Source: a virus (Duplodnaviria; Caudoviricetes). From it: a stretch of DNA of 64,000 nucleotides. Location: IMG/VR virus record IMGVR_UViG_3300028048_003175, positions 33,849 to 97,848 of that record, one strand, 5' to 3'. Within the stretch, counting starts at the first letter, position 1, and the number at the start of each line of letters is the position of its first letter. Both the position numbers and the translations under genes were made by a program. Under the pieces are notes generated by a model that had not been told where the DNA came from, did no database searches, and worked only from the letters and a program-made list of their open reading frames with translations. Of the stretch, positions 29,351-37,506 are shown one piece after another.

Positions 29351-30643
29351 ATGAGTAAAAGATACGGTCATATATTACCGCAAATCATCGATAGGCGAAA
29401 CATGGACGATGCCTTTGATGAGGTTGTAGGTGGCCTTGAGTCGAAAGAGCGTCGTGAGCACTATGAGGCACAAAGAGAGGATATTATATCACGGCTGACT
29501 GCCAAGATAGGCTCCGGCACCTTTCGAATCACTCATTACGAACAGTTCTGGGTACAAGACGGACCTAAGCGTAGGTTGATACAGTCGCCCAGTGTGAAAG
29601 ACAGAATAGGTTGCAATGCCGTGATGAGAGTGGTGGAGAAGTATATCTACCCGACTATCATCAAGACTTCTGCTGCAAGCATCAAAGGACGTGGCATGCA
29701 CAGACTATACCGTAAGATGCGGACGGACGTGCGCCATGACCGAGAGGGAACGAAGTACTTCTATATGTGCGACATCAGAAAGTTCTATGAGAGCGTAGAT
29801 CAAGACCTGACGTTTGAAATATTGAAGGGCTATATCAAAGACCCTGTGGTGCTGCCGATGCTGGAGAGTTTTATAAGACTCATGCCGAAAGGACTTTCCA
29901 TCGGATTGCGTTCTTCGCAGTGCTTCGGCAATATGCTCCTGTCAAAGATGGGTCACAGGCTAAAGGAGAAAGAGGGTGTTCGCTACCTTTATATCTACTG
30001 TGATGACATACGAGTGTATGGTGCAACGAAGAAGTGGCTTTGGCATATCCGAGACATCATTCACGAAGAGATAGAGGGTCTTGGACTGGAGATAAAGCCC
30101 AGTGAGGCAGTCAAGCCTACGACAGAGGGAAATGATTTCCTTGGGTATATCGACTATGGCGACCATTCGAGATTAAGAAAGAGAACAAAACAGAAAGCCG
30201 CACGGAAACTTGCCCGAATAAAGAGCCGTAAGCGCAGGCAGAAAATTATCGGTTCATTCAAGGGCATGGCGAAGTGGGGTGATTGTAAACATTTATATAG
30301 AACGCTAACAGGAAAAGACATGGAAGAGTTCAAAGACTTTGGGCTGCAGTATGTGGCAGATGATGGGAAAAAGCGGTTTGCTGGTGAGACGGTAAAGTTG
30401 CACCAGTTGACAAACATGCACATCAGCATCACAGATTTTGAAGAGAACGTAGATACTGCTAACGGCAAACGTACCCTGGTGTCATTTAAGTATGACAATG
30501 GGACTCCAGCCAAGTATTTCACTGCAGACAAGCAGCAGTTGTATTTCCTTAAACGACTGAGTGAAATGCACAAGATTCCGTTCGGTACAGTCATCAAAAG
30601 TGAGAGTTATGGAAACGGGAAGGTTCGATATATATTCACTTAA
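29351..30643 (+). CDS. DGR reverse transcriptase with C-terminal extension
   Basis: KRRLIQSP..KDRI, CDIRKFYESV, GLSIGLRSSQCFGN, YCDD, DFLGY. The RT core ends near 30315 and is followed in frame by ~107 extra aa. Confidence 0.93.
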   Translation: MSKRYGHILPQIIDRRNMDDAFDEVVGGLESKERREHYEAQREDIISRLTAKIGSGTFRITHYEQFWVQDGPKRRLIQSPSVKDRIGCNAVMRVVEKYIYPTIIKTSAASIKGRGMHRLYRKMRTDVRHDREGTKYFYMCDIRKFYESVDQDLTFEILKGYIKDPVVLPMLESFIRLMPKGLSIGLRSSQCFGNMLLSKMGHRLKEKEGVRYLYIYCDDIRVYGATKKWLWHIRDIIHEEIEGLGLEIKPSEAVKPTTEGNDFLGYIDYGDHSRLRKRTKQKAARKLARIKSRKRRQKIIGSFKGMAKWGDCKHLYRTLTGKDMEEFKDFGLQYVADDGKKRFAGETVKLHQLTNMHISITDFEENVDTANGKRTLVSFKYDNGTPAKYFTADKQQLYFLKRLSEMHKIPFGTVIKSESYGNGKVRYIFT

Positions 30644-30655
30644 ATAAATACGAAT

Positions 30656-31156
30656 ATGAAATTAGAGAAAATCTATGGTGCTACAGCACGACAGGACGGG
30701 CTCTACAAGATAGGGCGCAACAAGTACGAACTCATCTATGGCTATGGCGTGGATGGAGAGAATGGCTACAACTGGCGCAGAAGGTATCGCAACTTGCCAA
30801 CAGTAGAGGAACTGAAAACGGACATCGAAGACACAGTTAACGCTCTTACAGACGAGAAGATCTTGAAGGGTTTTTCTTGGAACGGCAAGAACGTCTATCT
30901 TTCTTCGGAAAACCAGTTCAACTTCAAAGCGGCATACGACCTTGCAGTACAGACGCAGGGTGCTACGCTGCCTGTAAAGTTCAAGCTGGGTGAAGATGCA
31001 GAAGGGAAGCCGGTGTACCATACCTTTGAAGACATGGACGAGTTTACGGATTTCTTCACGAAGGCAATAGCCTACGTCAACCAAACGCTCAACGACGGCT
31101 GGCTGAAGAAGGACGCTGTGGACTACGACGCTTTGCTGGAAGGAGGTGAGGAATGA
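30656..31156 (+). CDS. DUF4376-like tail-fibre-associated protein
   Basis: VYLSSENQFNFKA and GWLKKD patterns; position after the fibre/DGR. Confidence 0.6.
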   Translation: MKLEKIYGATARQDGLYKIGRNKYELIYGYGVDGENGYNWRRRYRNLPTVEELKTDIEDTVNALTDEKILKGFSWNGKNVYLSSENQFNFKAAYDLAVQTQGATLPVKFKLGEDAEGKPVYHTFEDMDEFTDFFTKAIAYVNQTLNDGWLKKDAVDYDALLEGGEE

Positions 31157-31629
31157 TAGGAATTGTCCTTGCAACGGTCATATTGACGGCATACCTCGGC
31201 TGGTACCTGTATAACTACGGAGTGCCTGGAAGTATCTCACGGACGGTGTACAAGCTGCCCCATGAGTCCATCTTCACCCTTGTCATGTATGCCGTGGCGT
31301 TCCTGACCGTTATCCCGATGATGAATGCCTGCAGTGAGAATACCAAGGTGCTGGCGTTCCTCACCATGGGAAGCATCGGCTTTGTCGGTGCGGCACCATT
31401 GGGTAAGCACTGCGACGAGAGGGTTCACATGAGCGCTGCCGCCATCTTCGGGGTGTGCAGTCAGATCATGATAGCCATCAACGCTCCGGCACTGCTCCTG
31501 ATGTGGCTGCTGTTCCTGTTTGTGTTTATCATCTTGCTCGGACGGAACTGGCTGTTCTGGGCGGAGCTGGTGTGTATCGCCACACTGTTCGCTTTCTGTC
31601 TCTTACCCTATGTGAGAACCATTTTTTAA
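31153..31629 (+). CDS. Multi-pass membrane protein
   Basis: 5-6 hydrophobic segments; GVPGSIS and FVGAAP. Confidence 0.7.
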   Translation: MIGIVLATVILTAYLGWYLYNYGVPGSISRTVYKLPHESIFTLVMYAVAFLTVIPMMNACSENTKVLAFLTMGSIGFVGAAPLGKHCDERVHMSAAAIFGVCSQIMIAINAPALLLMWLLFLFVFIILLGRNWLFWAELVCIATLFAFCLLPYVRTIF

Positions 31630-31648
31630 CCCCTAAACAAATACAACT

Positions 31649-31813
31649 ATGGTTAAATTTATTCTTTTAGCAGTGTATGTGGTGGGTATCTTCGTCGCCT
31701 ACCGCATGATGAAGGAGTGGAAAAGCTCCAAGTTTGAGAAGGTGTTTTTCAGCGTCATCTGGCCGCTGGTCGCCATTCTGTACGGCATCCATTTTCTGCA
31801 CAACGCGAAATGA
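31649..31813 (+). CDS. 54-aa two-TM membrane protein
   Basis: Not in the track. MVKFILLAVYVVGIFVAYRMMKEWKSSKFEKVFFSVIWPLVAILYGIHFLHNAK; A-rich start context and ATGA overlap with the next gene. Confidence 0.6.
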   Translation: MVKFILLAVYVVGIFVAYRMMKEWKSSKFEKVFFSVIWPLVAILYGIHFLHNAK

Positions 31814-32124
31814 AGTATATCTATAATGACTTCATCCCCTTCAAGGGGTACGCTGCCATGTGCATCGGAAACCTCGTGTTCGTCCGCAAGGGCGCAAGGG
31901 TGACCACCACCCTCATGAACCACGAGGCCATCCACTGCGCCCAGTGGAAAGAGTGTCTTTACATCTTCTTCCTGCCTCTCTATGTGCTGTCATTCATCTG
32001 GCAGTTCTTGAAGTGCTGGAACTGGAGTAAGGCATACCGTAACGTGTGTTTCGAGCGTGAAGCCTACGTCCACGAGAAGGAGCAAGGCTATCTGTCTCAC
32101 AGGGAGCGTTTCGCATGGGCGTGA
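31810..32124 (+). CDS. Small HExxH zinc-peptidase-like protein
   Basis: NHEAIHCAQ and FEREAY. Confidence 0.65.
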   Translation: MKYIYNDFIPFKGYAAMCIGNLVFVRKGARVTTTLMNHEAIHCAQWKECLYIFFLPLYVLSFIWQFLKCWNWSKAYRNVCFEREAYVHEKEQGYLSHRERFAWA

Positions 32125-32402
32125 TAGGATGCGTTTACAAGCCTCTGGAGGTGGAGGCTGTCGAAGTCACGGAGTCCAACTTCAAGGAAATCTGCGACTT
32201 CGTGGACGGTCACCACCCCCAGATGGCTGACAATCCGACAATGCCGAGAGGAAAGTATCTCGGTGTATTTATCGAGACGCGCTATGGGCGCCAGTTGGCA
32301 CGGTTAGGGGAGTATGTCGTCAAGGTGGGGGCAATGGATTACAGGACCTACACCCGTGACGAGTTTGTGAAAACGTTTAATCTTAAAATGAAGAATCAAT
32401 GA
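32115..32402 (+). CDS. Hypothetical phage protein
   Basis: Overlaps both neighbours; ARLGEYVVK...EFVKTF. Confidence 0.6.
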   Translation: MGVIGCVYKPLEVEAVEVTESNFKEICDFVDGHHPQMADNPTMPRGKYLGVFIETRYGRQLARLGEYVVKVGAMDYRTYTRDEFVKTFNLKMKNQ

Positions 32403-33127
32403 ACAGAAAATCAATTGCATTAGTCTTTGGAACGGCTCATGTTGACAGCACGCCGGGCAAGTGTGCGCCTGACGGCTCCATCCGTGAGGCTGTCTATTCC
32501 AGAGAAATCATAAAGGACCTTGTTGCGATTATGGAGAACACCTACGGCTTTTCCGTATTCACGGACTATATGCCTATGGAGCCTCTGCCAAAGTGGACTG
32601 AGGCACGGAAGCGCCTCGGCTATTCAAAGGGTGAGCAACCCTTGGAACTGGACCACCGTGTGCAGCAGGTCAACGCCATCTGTGACAAGTTCGGCAAGGA
32701 GAACACCCTTTTCGTCTCTATCCACCTCAACGGTGCCGGTGATGACGGCAAGTGGCATGGTGCTGGCGGTTGGTGCTGCTATACCACTCCTGGAAAGACC
32801 AAGTCGGACATTCTCGCAGAGTGTTTCTACGATGCAGCCTTTGAGAACCTGCGTCCGTATGTCACCATCATGGATGAGGGCAAGCGCAGGGGCGAATATA
32901 CTGAGAAGCAGACACCGTACCGCATGGATAAGAGGGACGGTGACAGGGACATGGAGGCAAACCTCTATGTGCTGCGCAAGACTGCCTGCCCTGCCGTGCT
33001 GACGGAGAACCTGTTCCAGGATAACCGCCTCGACGTGAAATTCCTCCTTTCCGAGGAAGGACGGCAGGCTATTACACGGCTGCATGTCGAAGGCATCCTC
33101 CGATATGTCGAAAAGACGTACAAGTAA
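32399..33127 (+). CDS. N-acetylmuramoyl-L-alanine amidase (Amidase_3) endolysin
   Basis: Zn-ligand motifs GTAH...E, FVSIHLN, LYVLRKTACPAVLTENLF. Confidence 0.88.
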   Translation: MNRKSIALVFGTAHVDSTPGKCAPDGSIREAVYSREIIKDLVAIMENTYGFSVFTDYMPMEPLPKWTEARKRLGYSKGEQPLELDHRVQQVNAICDKFGKENTLFVSIHLNGAGDDGKWHGAGGWCCYTTPGKTKSDILAECFYDAAFENLRPYVTIMDEGKRRGEYTEKQTPYRMDKRDGDRDMEANLYVLRKTACPAVLTENLFQDNRLDVKFLLSEEGRQAITRLHVEGILRYVEKTYK

Positions 33128-33174
33128 CTGAAAAAGAAGGTGCTGTTGATAAATTTCTCATTTGTATGAATGAC

Positions 33175-33207
33175 GGAGGCGTGGACGGGTTCCTCTGCCT
33201 CCTTTTT
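33175..33207 (+). terminator. Intrinsic terminator after the endolysin
   Basis: GGAGGC...GCCTCC followed by TTTTT. Confidence 0.7.
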
Positions 33208-33279
33208 CTCCAAAAATTCCGTTTTGGAGCCGCTTTTCAGCAAAAAAGTAATCATTTTCAGTTAAAAAGTAGTAAAAAC

Positions 33280-33310
33280 TACAATATTTTACAATATTTT
33301 CGTATATTTG
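33280..33310 (+). promoter_or_regulatory. Promoter of the pfs-luxS-metK operon
   Basis: TATATTTG -7 box at 33303-33310, preceded by tandem ACAATATTTT x2 (33281-33300) in an AT-rich gap. Confidence 0.6.
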
Positions 33311-33351
33311 CAACTGTTAATTTATCAAAACCCATCTAAAACGTATCTAAG

Positions 33352-33531
33352 ATGCAGAAAATGTCAGAATATCCCGAAAAGTCACTGCGAACGACTGGTA
33401 AGGCAGTTTTTCCAGAAATCGCAGGTGAAATGAAGCCCAAGAACCGCCGTTTTATGGGTGTCGTCGTATTCGGAGCTGACAAGAAGGGCTTTTCACGTCC
33501 TGTCTGCGCCAAGAGCCGCATAGAGGGGTAG
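33352..33531 (+). CDS. Possible 59-aa leader ORF (or structured 5' leader)
   Basis: MQKMSEYPEKSLRTTGKAVFPEIAGEMKPKNRRFMGVVVFGADKKGFSRPVCAKSRIEG between the promoter and pfs. Confidence 0.35.
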   Translation: MQKMSEYPEKSLRTTGKAVFPEIAGEMKPKNRRFMGVVVFGADKKGFSRPVCAKSRIEG

Positions 33532-33579
33532 TTTTCCATAATCACTATCTACTAACGTCAATAACACAATCAAAACAGT

Positions 33580-34308
33580 ATGAAAAAGATTGGAATCATA
33601 GTAGCGATGGATTTGGAGCTTCAAATGTTGCTGAATCGCATCGGCTGCAAGCCGGAGCCTGCCAACCCTGCAGGCGTAGTCATCTTTTCCGGGAAAATCG
33701 ACGACGATGATGTCATTATCTGCAAGTCCGGCATCGGCAAGGTCAATGCCGCCATCGCCACGGTGACGCTTATCACCCAGTACCAGCCAGACTACATCAT
33801 CAACACTGGTGTGGCTGGGTCTCTCGATCCAAATGTAGTAGCAATGGATATCATCATCGGTTCCAGCGTGAAGTACTGTGACGTGTGGTGTGGTAGTGGA
33901 AACGTTCGCGGACAGGTGCAGGGAGAGCCTGAATGGTACCCGTGCATCGATGTGAACATCAAGAGCAAGGGCATCGACAGCCTGCAGTACAAGTATATGA
34001 CCAAGAAGCACATCTGCGGTGTGCGCCGTGCTCCAATCGTGTCTGGTGACTGGTTCATGGAAACGGTAGCCGACAAACTGAAGGCCAGACGTGCCAGCGG
34101 ACGTGCCAAGGCTGTGGATATGGAGTCTGGAGCCATCGCACAGGTCTGCCATAGGTTCAACATGCCGTTCATCCCCGTCCGCATCATCAGCGATGTCGTT
34201 GGCGAGCCTCAGCATGAGAAGAAGTACGAAGGGTTCTGGCAGGACATGGCCAGCCGCTCCTTCGATATATTGATAGAGCTTATCAAGGAAATCAATGGAC
34301 AAGATTAA
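33580..34308 (+). CDS. mtnN: 5'-methylthioadenosine/S-adenosylhomocysteine nucleosidase (Pfs)
   Basis: GIIVAMDLE (catalytic Glu), SGIGKVNAA, INTGVAG, DMESGAIAQVC, RIISD. Confidence 0.92.
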   Translation: MKKIGIIVAMDLELQMLLNRIGCKPEPANPAGVVIFSGKIDDDDVIICKSGIGKVNAAIATVTLITQYQPDYIINTGVAGSLDPNVVAMDIIIGSSVKYCDVWCGSGNVRGQVQGEPEWYPCIDVNIKSKGIDSLQYKYMTKKHICGVRRAPIVSGDWFMETVADKLKARRASGRAKAVDMESGAIAQVCHRFNMPFIPVRIISDVVGEPQHEKKYEGFWQDMASRSFDILIELIKEINGQD

Positions 34309-34783
34309 GAGTTTTCAGATAGACCACACGAGGCTGCAGAGCGGTCTCTATGTGTCGCGCTTCGATCCTGCCAGGGAAGGTGCCGACCATGTTGTCACCA
34401 CCTTTGACATTCGCATCTGCAAGCCTTACCATGACCAGCCGATGGACGGCTGTGCCATGCACACCATCGAGCACCTTGGGGCAACGTTCCTGCGCACGAA
34501 GAGCTACTATGCCGACAGCATCATCTACTTCGGACCGATGGGGTGCCGAACAGGCTTCTACCTTATCATCGACGGCAAGTTGGACGTGGAAGATGTCAAG
34601 GGTACCGTGAAGGAAATGTTCGCATGGATAGCCACCTATGACGGTCCCATTCCTGGCTCTACGGTGCAGGAGTGCGGCAATGCCGAGTTCCACGATTTAC
34701 AGGAGGCGCGACGCATCGCCCATGAGTATTTCAACGGAACGCTCTGCAATCTCGACGAAACGAATACCATTTATCCAGAATAA
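34295..34783 (+). CDS. luxS: S-ribosylhomocysteine lyase (AI-2 synthase)
   Basis: SFQIDH, metal site HTIEH, GPMGCRTGFY (catalytic Cys), ECGN. Confidence 0.96.
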   Translation: MDKIKSFQIDHTRLQSGLYVSRFDPAREGADHVVTTFDIRICKPYHDQPMDGCAMHTIEHLGATFLRTKSYYADSIIYFGPMGCRTGFYLIIDGKLDVEDVKGTVKEMFAWIATYDGPIPGSTVQECGNAEFHDLQEARRIAHEYFNGTLCNLDETNTIYPE

Positions 34784-34785
34784 CA

Positions 34786-36042
34786 ATGAAGAGACTATTT
34801 ACATCAGAATCAGTTTCGGAAGGCCATCCCGACAAGATAGCCGACCAGATTAGTGATGCCATCCTCGACTACTATATCTGCCATGACGCAGACAGCCACG
34901 TCGGCTGTGAGACGTTCGTGACGACAGGGCAAGTGGTCGTAGGCGGTGAAGTGAAGTCACGCGCAACGGCTCCCGTGCAGGATATCGTTCGCAGGGTTAT
35001 CAAACAGATTGGCTACGACAAGGCTTGTTATGGCTTTGCTGCAGATGCCGTCGGCATCCTGAACGCCATGCATCAGCAGTCCCCAGATATCGCACAGGGT
35101 GTGGAGTCGAAGGAGCAGGGTGCCGGTGACCAGGGAATGATGTTCGGCTATGCCACTGGCGAGACGCCAGCGTTCATCCCGTTCCCCCTCTATCTCTCAC
35201 ACCTCATCGTGAAGACCCTCAGCGATATCCGCAAGAAGAAGCTCGGCATGATGGAGTACCTGCGTCCGGACAGCAAGGCACAGGTGACGGTAGAGACCGA
35301 TGAGGACGGTCGAACTATCCGCATCGACACTGTTGTTGTCAGTACCCAGCATGACGTGTTCGCCCAGAGCGACGGACAGATGCAGTCAATGATAGCCCAT
35401 GACATCAAGGCCATCGTGTTCCCTGCAGTATTGTCACAGATACCAGAGGGACGCTGCAAGGAGATAGCCCGTCAGCTATTGGGTGACGACTACAAGCTGC
35501 TGGTGAACCCCACAGGACGTTTCGTTATCGGAGGTCCTGCAGGCGACAGCGGACTGACAGGCAGAAAGATCATCGTTGACACCTACGGAGGCTATGCCCC
35601 TCATGGCGGTGGCGCGTTCAGCGGTAAAGACCCCTCGAAGGTTGACCGCAGCGCGGCATACATGGGTCGCTACCTCGCCAAGAACCTCGTAGCTGCTGGA
35701 GTGGCTGACGAGGTGACGATACAGCTTGCCTACGCCATCGGTGTGGCACAGCCCGTCAGCGTGTGTGTTAAGACGAAAGGCAACAATACCAGCCTCAGCG
35801 ACACGGAGATTGCCGAGCATATCGTCAAGCTCTTCGACCTCTCTCCGAGAGCCATCACCATTAGGCTGAACCTGAATACCCCAATCTATGAAGAGACGGC
35901 AGCATACGGTCACTTCGGTCGTGAGCGTAAGGTTGTCACCAAGAACATTGGAGGACTGACAGGACAGGTGGTACTCTTCCCATGGGAGGCTCTTGACATT
36001 ACTGAAATGCTGATGGTCCACTTTCAGAACTTTATGAAATAA
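34786..36042 (+). CDS. metK: S-adenosylmethionine synthetase
   Basis: FTSESVSEGHPDK, GAGDQG, GLTGRKIIVDTYGG, GGGAFSGKDPSKVDRSAAY, TAAYGHFGR. Confidence 0.97.
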   Translation: MKRLFTSESVSEGHPDKIADQISDAILDYYICHDADSHVGCETFVTTGQVVVGGEVKSRATAPVQDIVRRVIKQIGYDKACYGFAADAVGILNAMHQQSPDIAQGVESKEQGAGDQGMMFGYATGETPAFIPFPLYLSHLIVKTLSDIRKKKLGMMEYLRPDSKAQVTVETDEDGRTIRIDTVVVSTQHDVFAQSDGQMQSMIAHDIKAIVFPAVLSQIPEGRCKEIARQLLGDDYKLLVNPTGRFVIGGPAGDSGLTGRKIIVDTYGGYAPHGGGAFSGKDPSKVDRSAAYMGRYLAKNLVAAGVADEVTIQLAYAIGVAQPVSVCVKTKGNNTSLSDTEIAEHIVKLFDLSPRAITIRLNLNTPIYEETAAYGHFGRERKVVTKNIGGLTGQVVLFPWEALDITEMLMVHFQNFMK

Positions 36043-36064
36043 CCCCTTTTTTCATTATACCATT

Positions 36065-36766
36065 ATGAAGAAGTTTATTTTCATGGGCCTCTTGCTGGCG
36101 ATAGTCAGTATGATGGCTACGGGCTGCAGCTCTTGCCAGTCCGAGAACACAAAGCAAGGCGACGTTGGCGTCCAGGCAGTGGAGGATGCCAGTGTTCAGT
36201 TGGCTACGGCTAAGGCCGTGCTGGGCGACTTCACTGCGGTAGCTGCTGCCGACAATGCCGGCGAGCTGGTTGCGGAGCGCGTGATGGCCACCGACCGTGA
36301 GTGGACGTTCCTACACGTCGGGGAAGGCTATACATGGTTTGAGACTGAGGTGAAGTATGCCAAGAAGCTGAATGACCCTGAGCAGACTGGAGAGATAGCA
36401 CAGATACGAAACATCTTCCAGAAAGCGACACCAGTTGGGAAAGGCTACGATGTAAAAGTTTACCAGGCTATCACAACGAAGGCAGGAACCGTCTATCAAG
36501 ACAAGGAAGACTTTTGGATAGAGGACTACCCGTTGAACGAAGTCAAGATCAATCTCACATTCAAGGAGGCGTATGACAGGCTCATGGCGGCGAACATCAT
36601 CAAGCCGGATGGGAGCTACTGCGTTCTACGACTACCCATAGGTCCCGACCCTGACCAGCATTCTGTTTATATCTTCGGCAATAAACGAGCCGGGATGGTC
36701 GTAGTGGATGCAGTGACAGGGGAGGTGTCCGCATACTTAGGCGCTCCTTTGGGAGAGTGGCCATAA
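36065..36766 (+). CDS. Lipoprotein with a PepSY-like C-terminus
   Basis: Signal peptide ending in MATG|C; C-terminal VVVDAVTGEV; starts 22 nt after metK. Confidence 0.7.
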   Translation: MKKFIFMGLLLAIVSMMATGCSSCQSENTKQGDVGVQAVEDASVQLATAKAVLGDFTAVAAADNAGELVAERVMATDREWTFLHVGEGYTWFETEVKYAKKLNDPEQTGEIAQIRNIFQKATPVGKGYDVKVYQAITTKAGTVYQDKEDFWIEDYPLNEVKINLTFKEAYDRLMAANIIKPDGSYCVLRLPIGPDPDQHSVYIFGNKRAGMVVVDAVTGEVSAYLGAPLGEWP

Positions 36767-36802
36767 TAGCTAATAGGAAAGCCATAAATTTATAATAATA
36801 AC

Positions 36803-36853
36803 GAGGCGGCAAGATGGTACTGCTCTTCATGTTTCAGTGCTTTCTTCCGCCTC
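36803..36853 (+). other. Long imperfect hairpin upstream of the holin
   Basis: GAGGCGGCAAGATGGTACTG...CAGTGCTTTCTTCCGCCTC (~18 paired positions); no clean U-tract. Confidence 0.5.
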
Positions 36854-36906
36854 ATTCCATTTTCCCTCACTGTGAAGGGTTAATTTTGCAGAAAGAACAT
36901 ATAAGC

Positions 36907-37506
36907 ATGAACATCATCTTAGCATCTATACAGCGTTTTCTCGCCACCTACGGGTGGGCTTCTAATAAGGAATTTATGTTGTCATTATTCCCATCGGCAA
37001 AGTACGGCACAATGGGCGGTACCATCAGCTTCGCCGCCGTCTCGGCATTCTTCGTGCAGTACCTCGGTATCAGTCCGGCACTGATACCGGCTCTTGTCGT
37101 CATCATCGCTACGGAACTCTGGACGGGCATCCGTGCCAGCCGTAAGCGCAAGGAGGATTTCGAGTCGCGCAAGTTCAGCCGCTTCGTCATCAAGTTCTGT
37201 GTATGGATGGTGCTGTTCTATACCACGCACAGCTTCATGAATGAATACAGGGCGCAAGAGACACTGGTGCAGATCCTCTCCTTTACATTCTTCGAGGTGC
37301 TGAAGTCTTTCCTGATGTCGCTGTTCGTCGTGGAGAATGCAACGAGCATACTGGAGAACCTTGCCGTACTGGACGGAAAGCCCAAGGCTACCTACGTCAA
37401 CAAGCTAAAGGAGTTGTTCAATGCTTTCTTCTCGACACTAAAAGGTGTATTCTCAAAGACAGCAGACAGCTACAAATCCAAAAACGAGAAAAGCGATGAA
37501 AAGTAG
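36907..37506 (+). CDS. Holin (phage holin 4-like)
   Basis: Several TM segments; ELWTGIRAS...FESRKF and ENATSILENL; basic C-terminus. Confidence 0.75.
   Translation: MNIILASIQRFLATYGWASNKEFMLSLFPSAKYGTMGGTISFAAVSAFFVQYLGISPALIPALVVIIATELWTGIRASRKRKEDFESRKFSRFVIKFCVWMVLFYTTHSFMNEYRAQETLVQILSFTFFEVLKSFLMSLFVVENATSILENLAVLDGKPKATYVNKLKELFNAFFSTLKGVFSKTADSYKSKNEKSDEK

Larger units (their letters stand above)
28750..30643 (+). mobile_element. Diversity-generating retroelement (VR-hairpin-TR-RT)
   Basis: 116-bp VR/TR pair with adenine-only mismatches next to a reverse transcriptase. Confidence 0.96.

Noticed and set aside
29351-30643. RT as a group II intron, retron or Abi RT
   Set aside because: The adjacent adenine-specific TR/VR pair and the GxxSSQ motif define a DGR; no intron domain V or msr-msd was seen.
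33311-33579. Known SAM-I/II or SAH riboswitch
   Set aside because: Consensus elements were not recognisable by eye; kept only as an open question in the findings.
33580-36042. pfs-luxS-metK as host chromosome flanking a prophage end
   Set aside because: Phage lysis genes lie on both sides, codon style is similar and no att or integrase is present; only misassembly would restore this reading.
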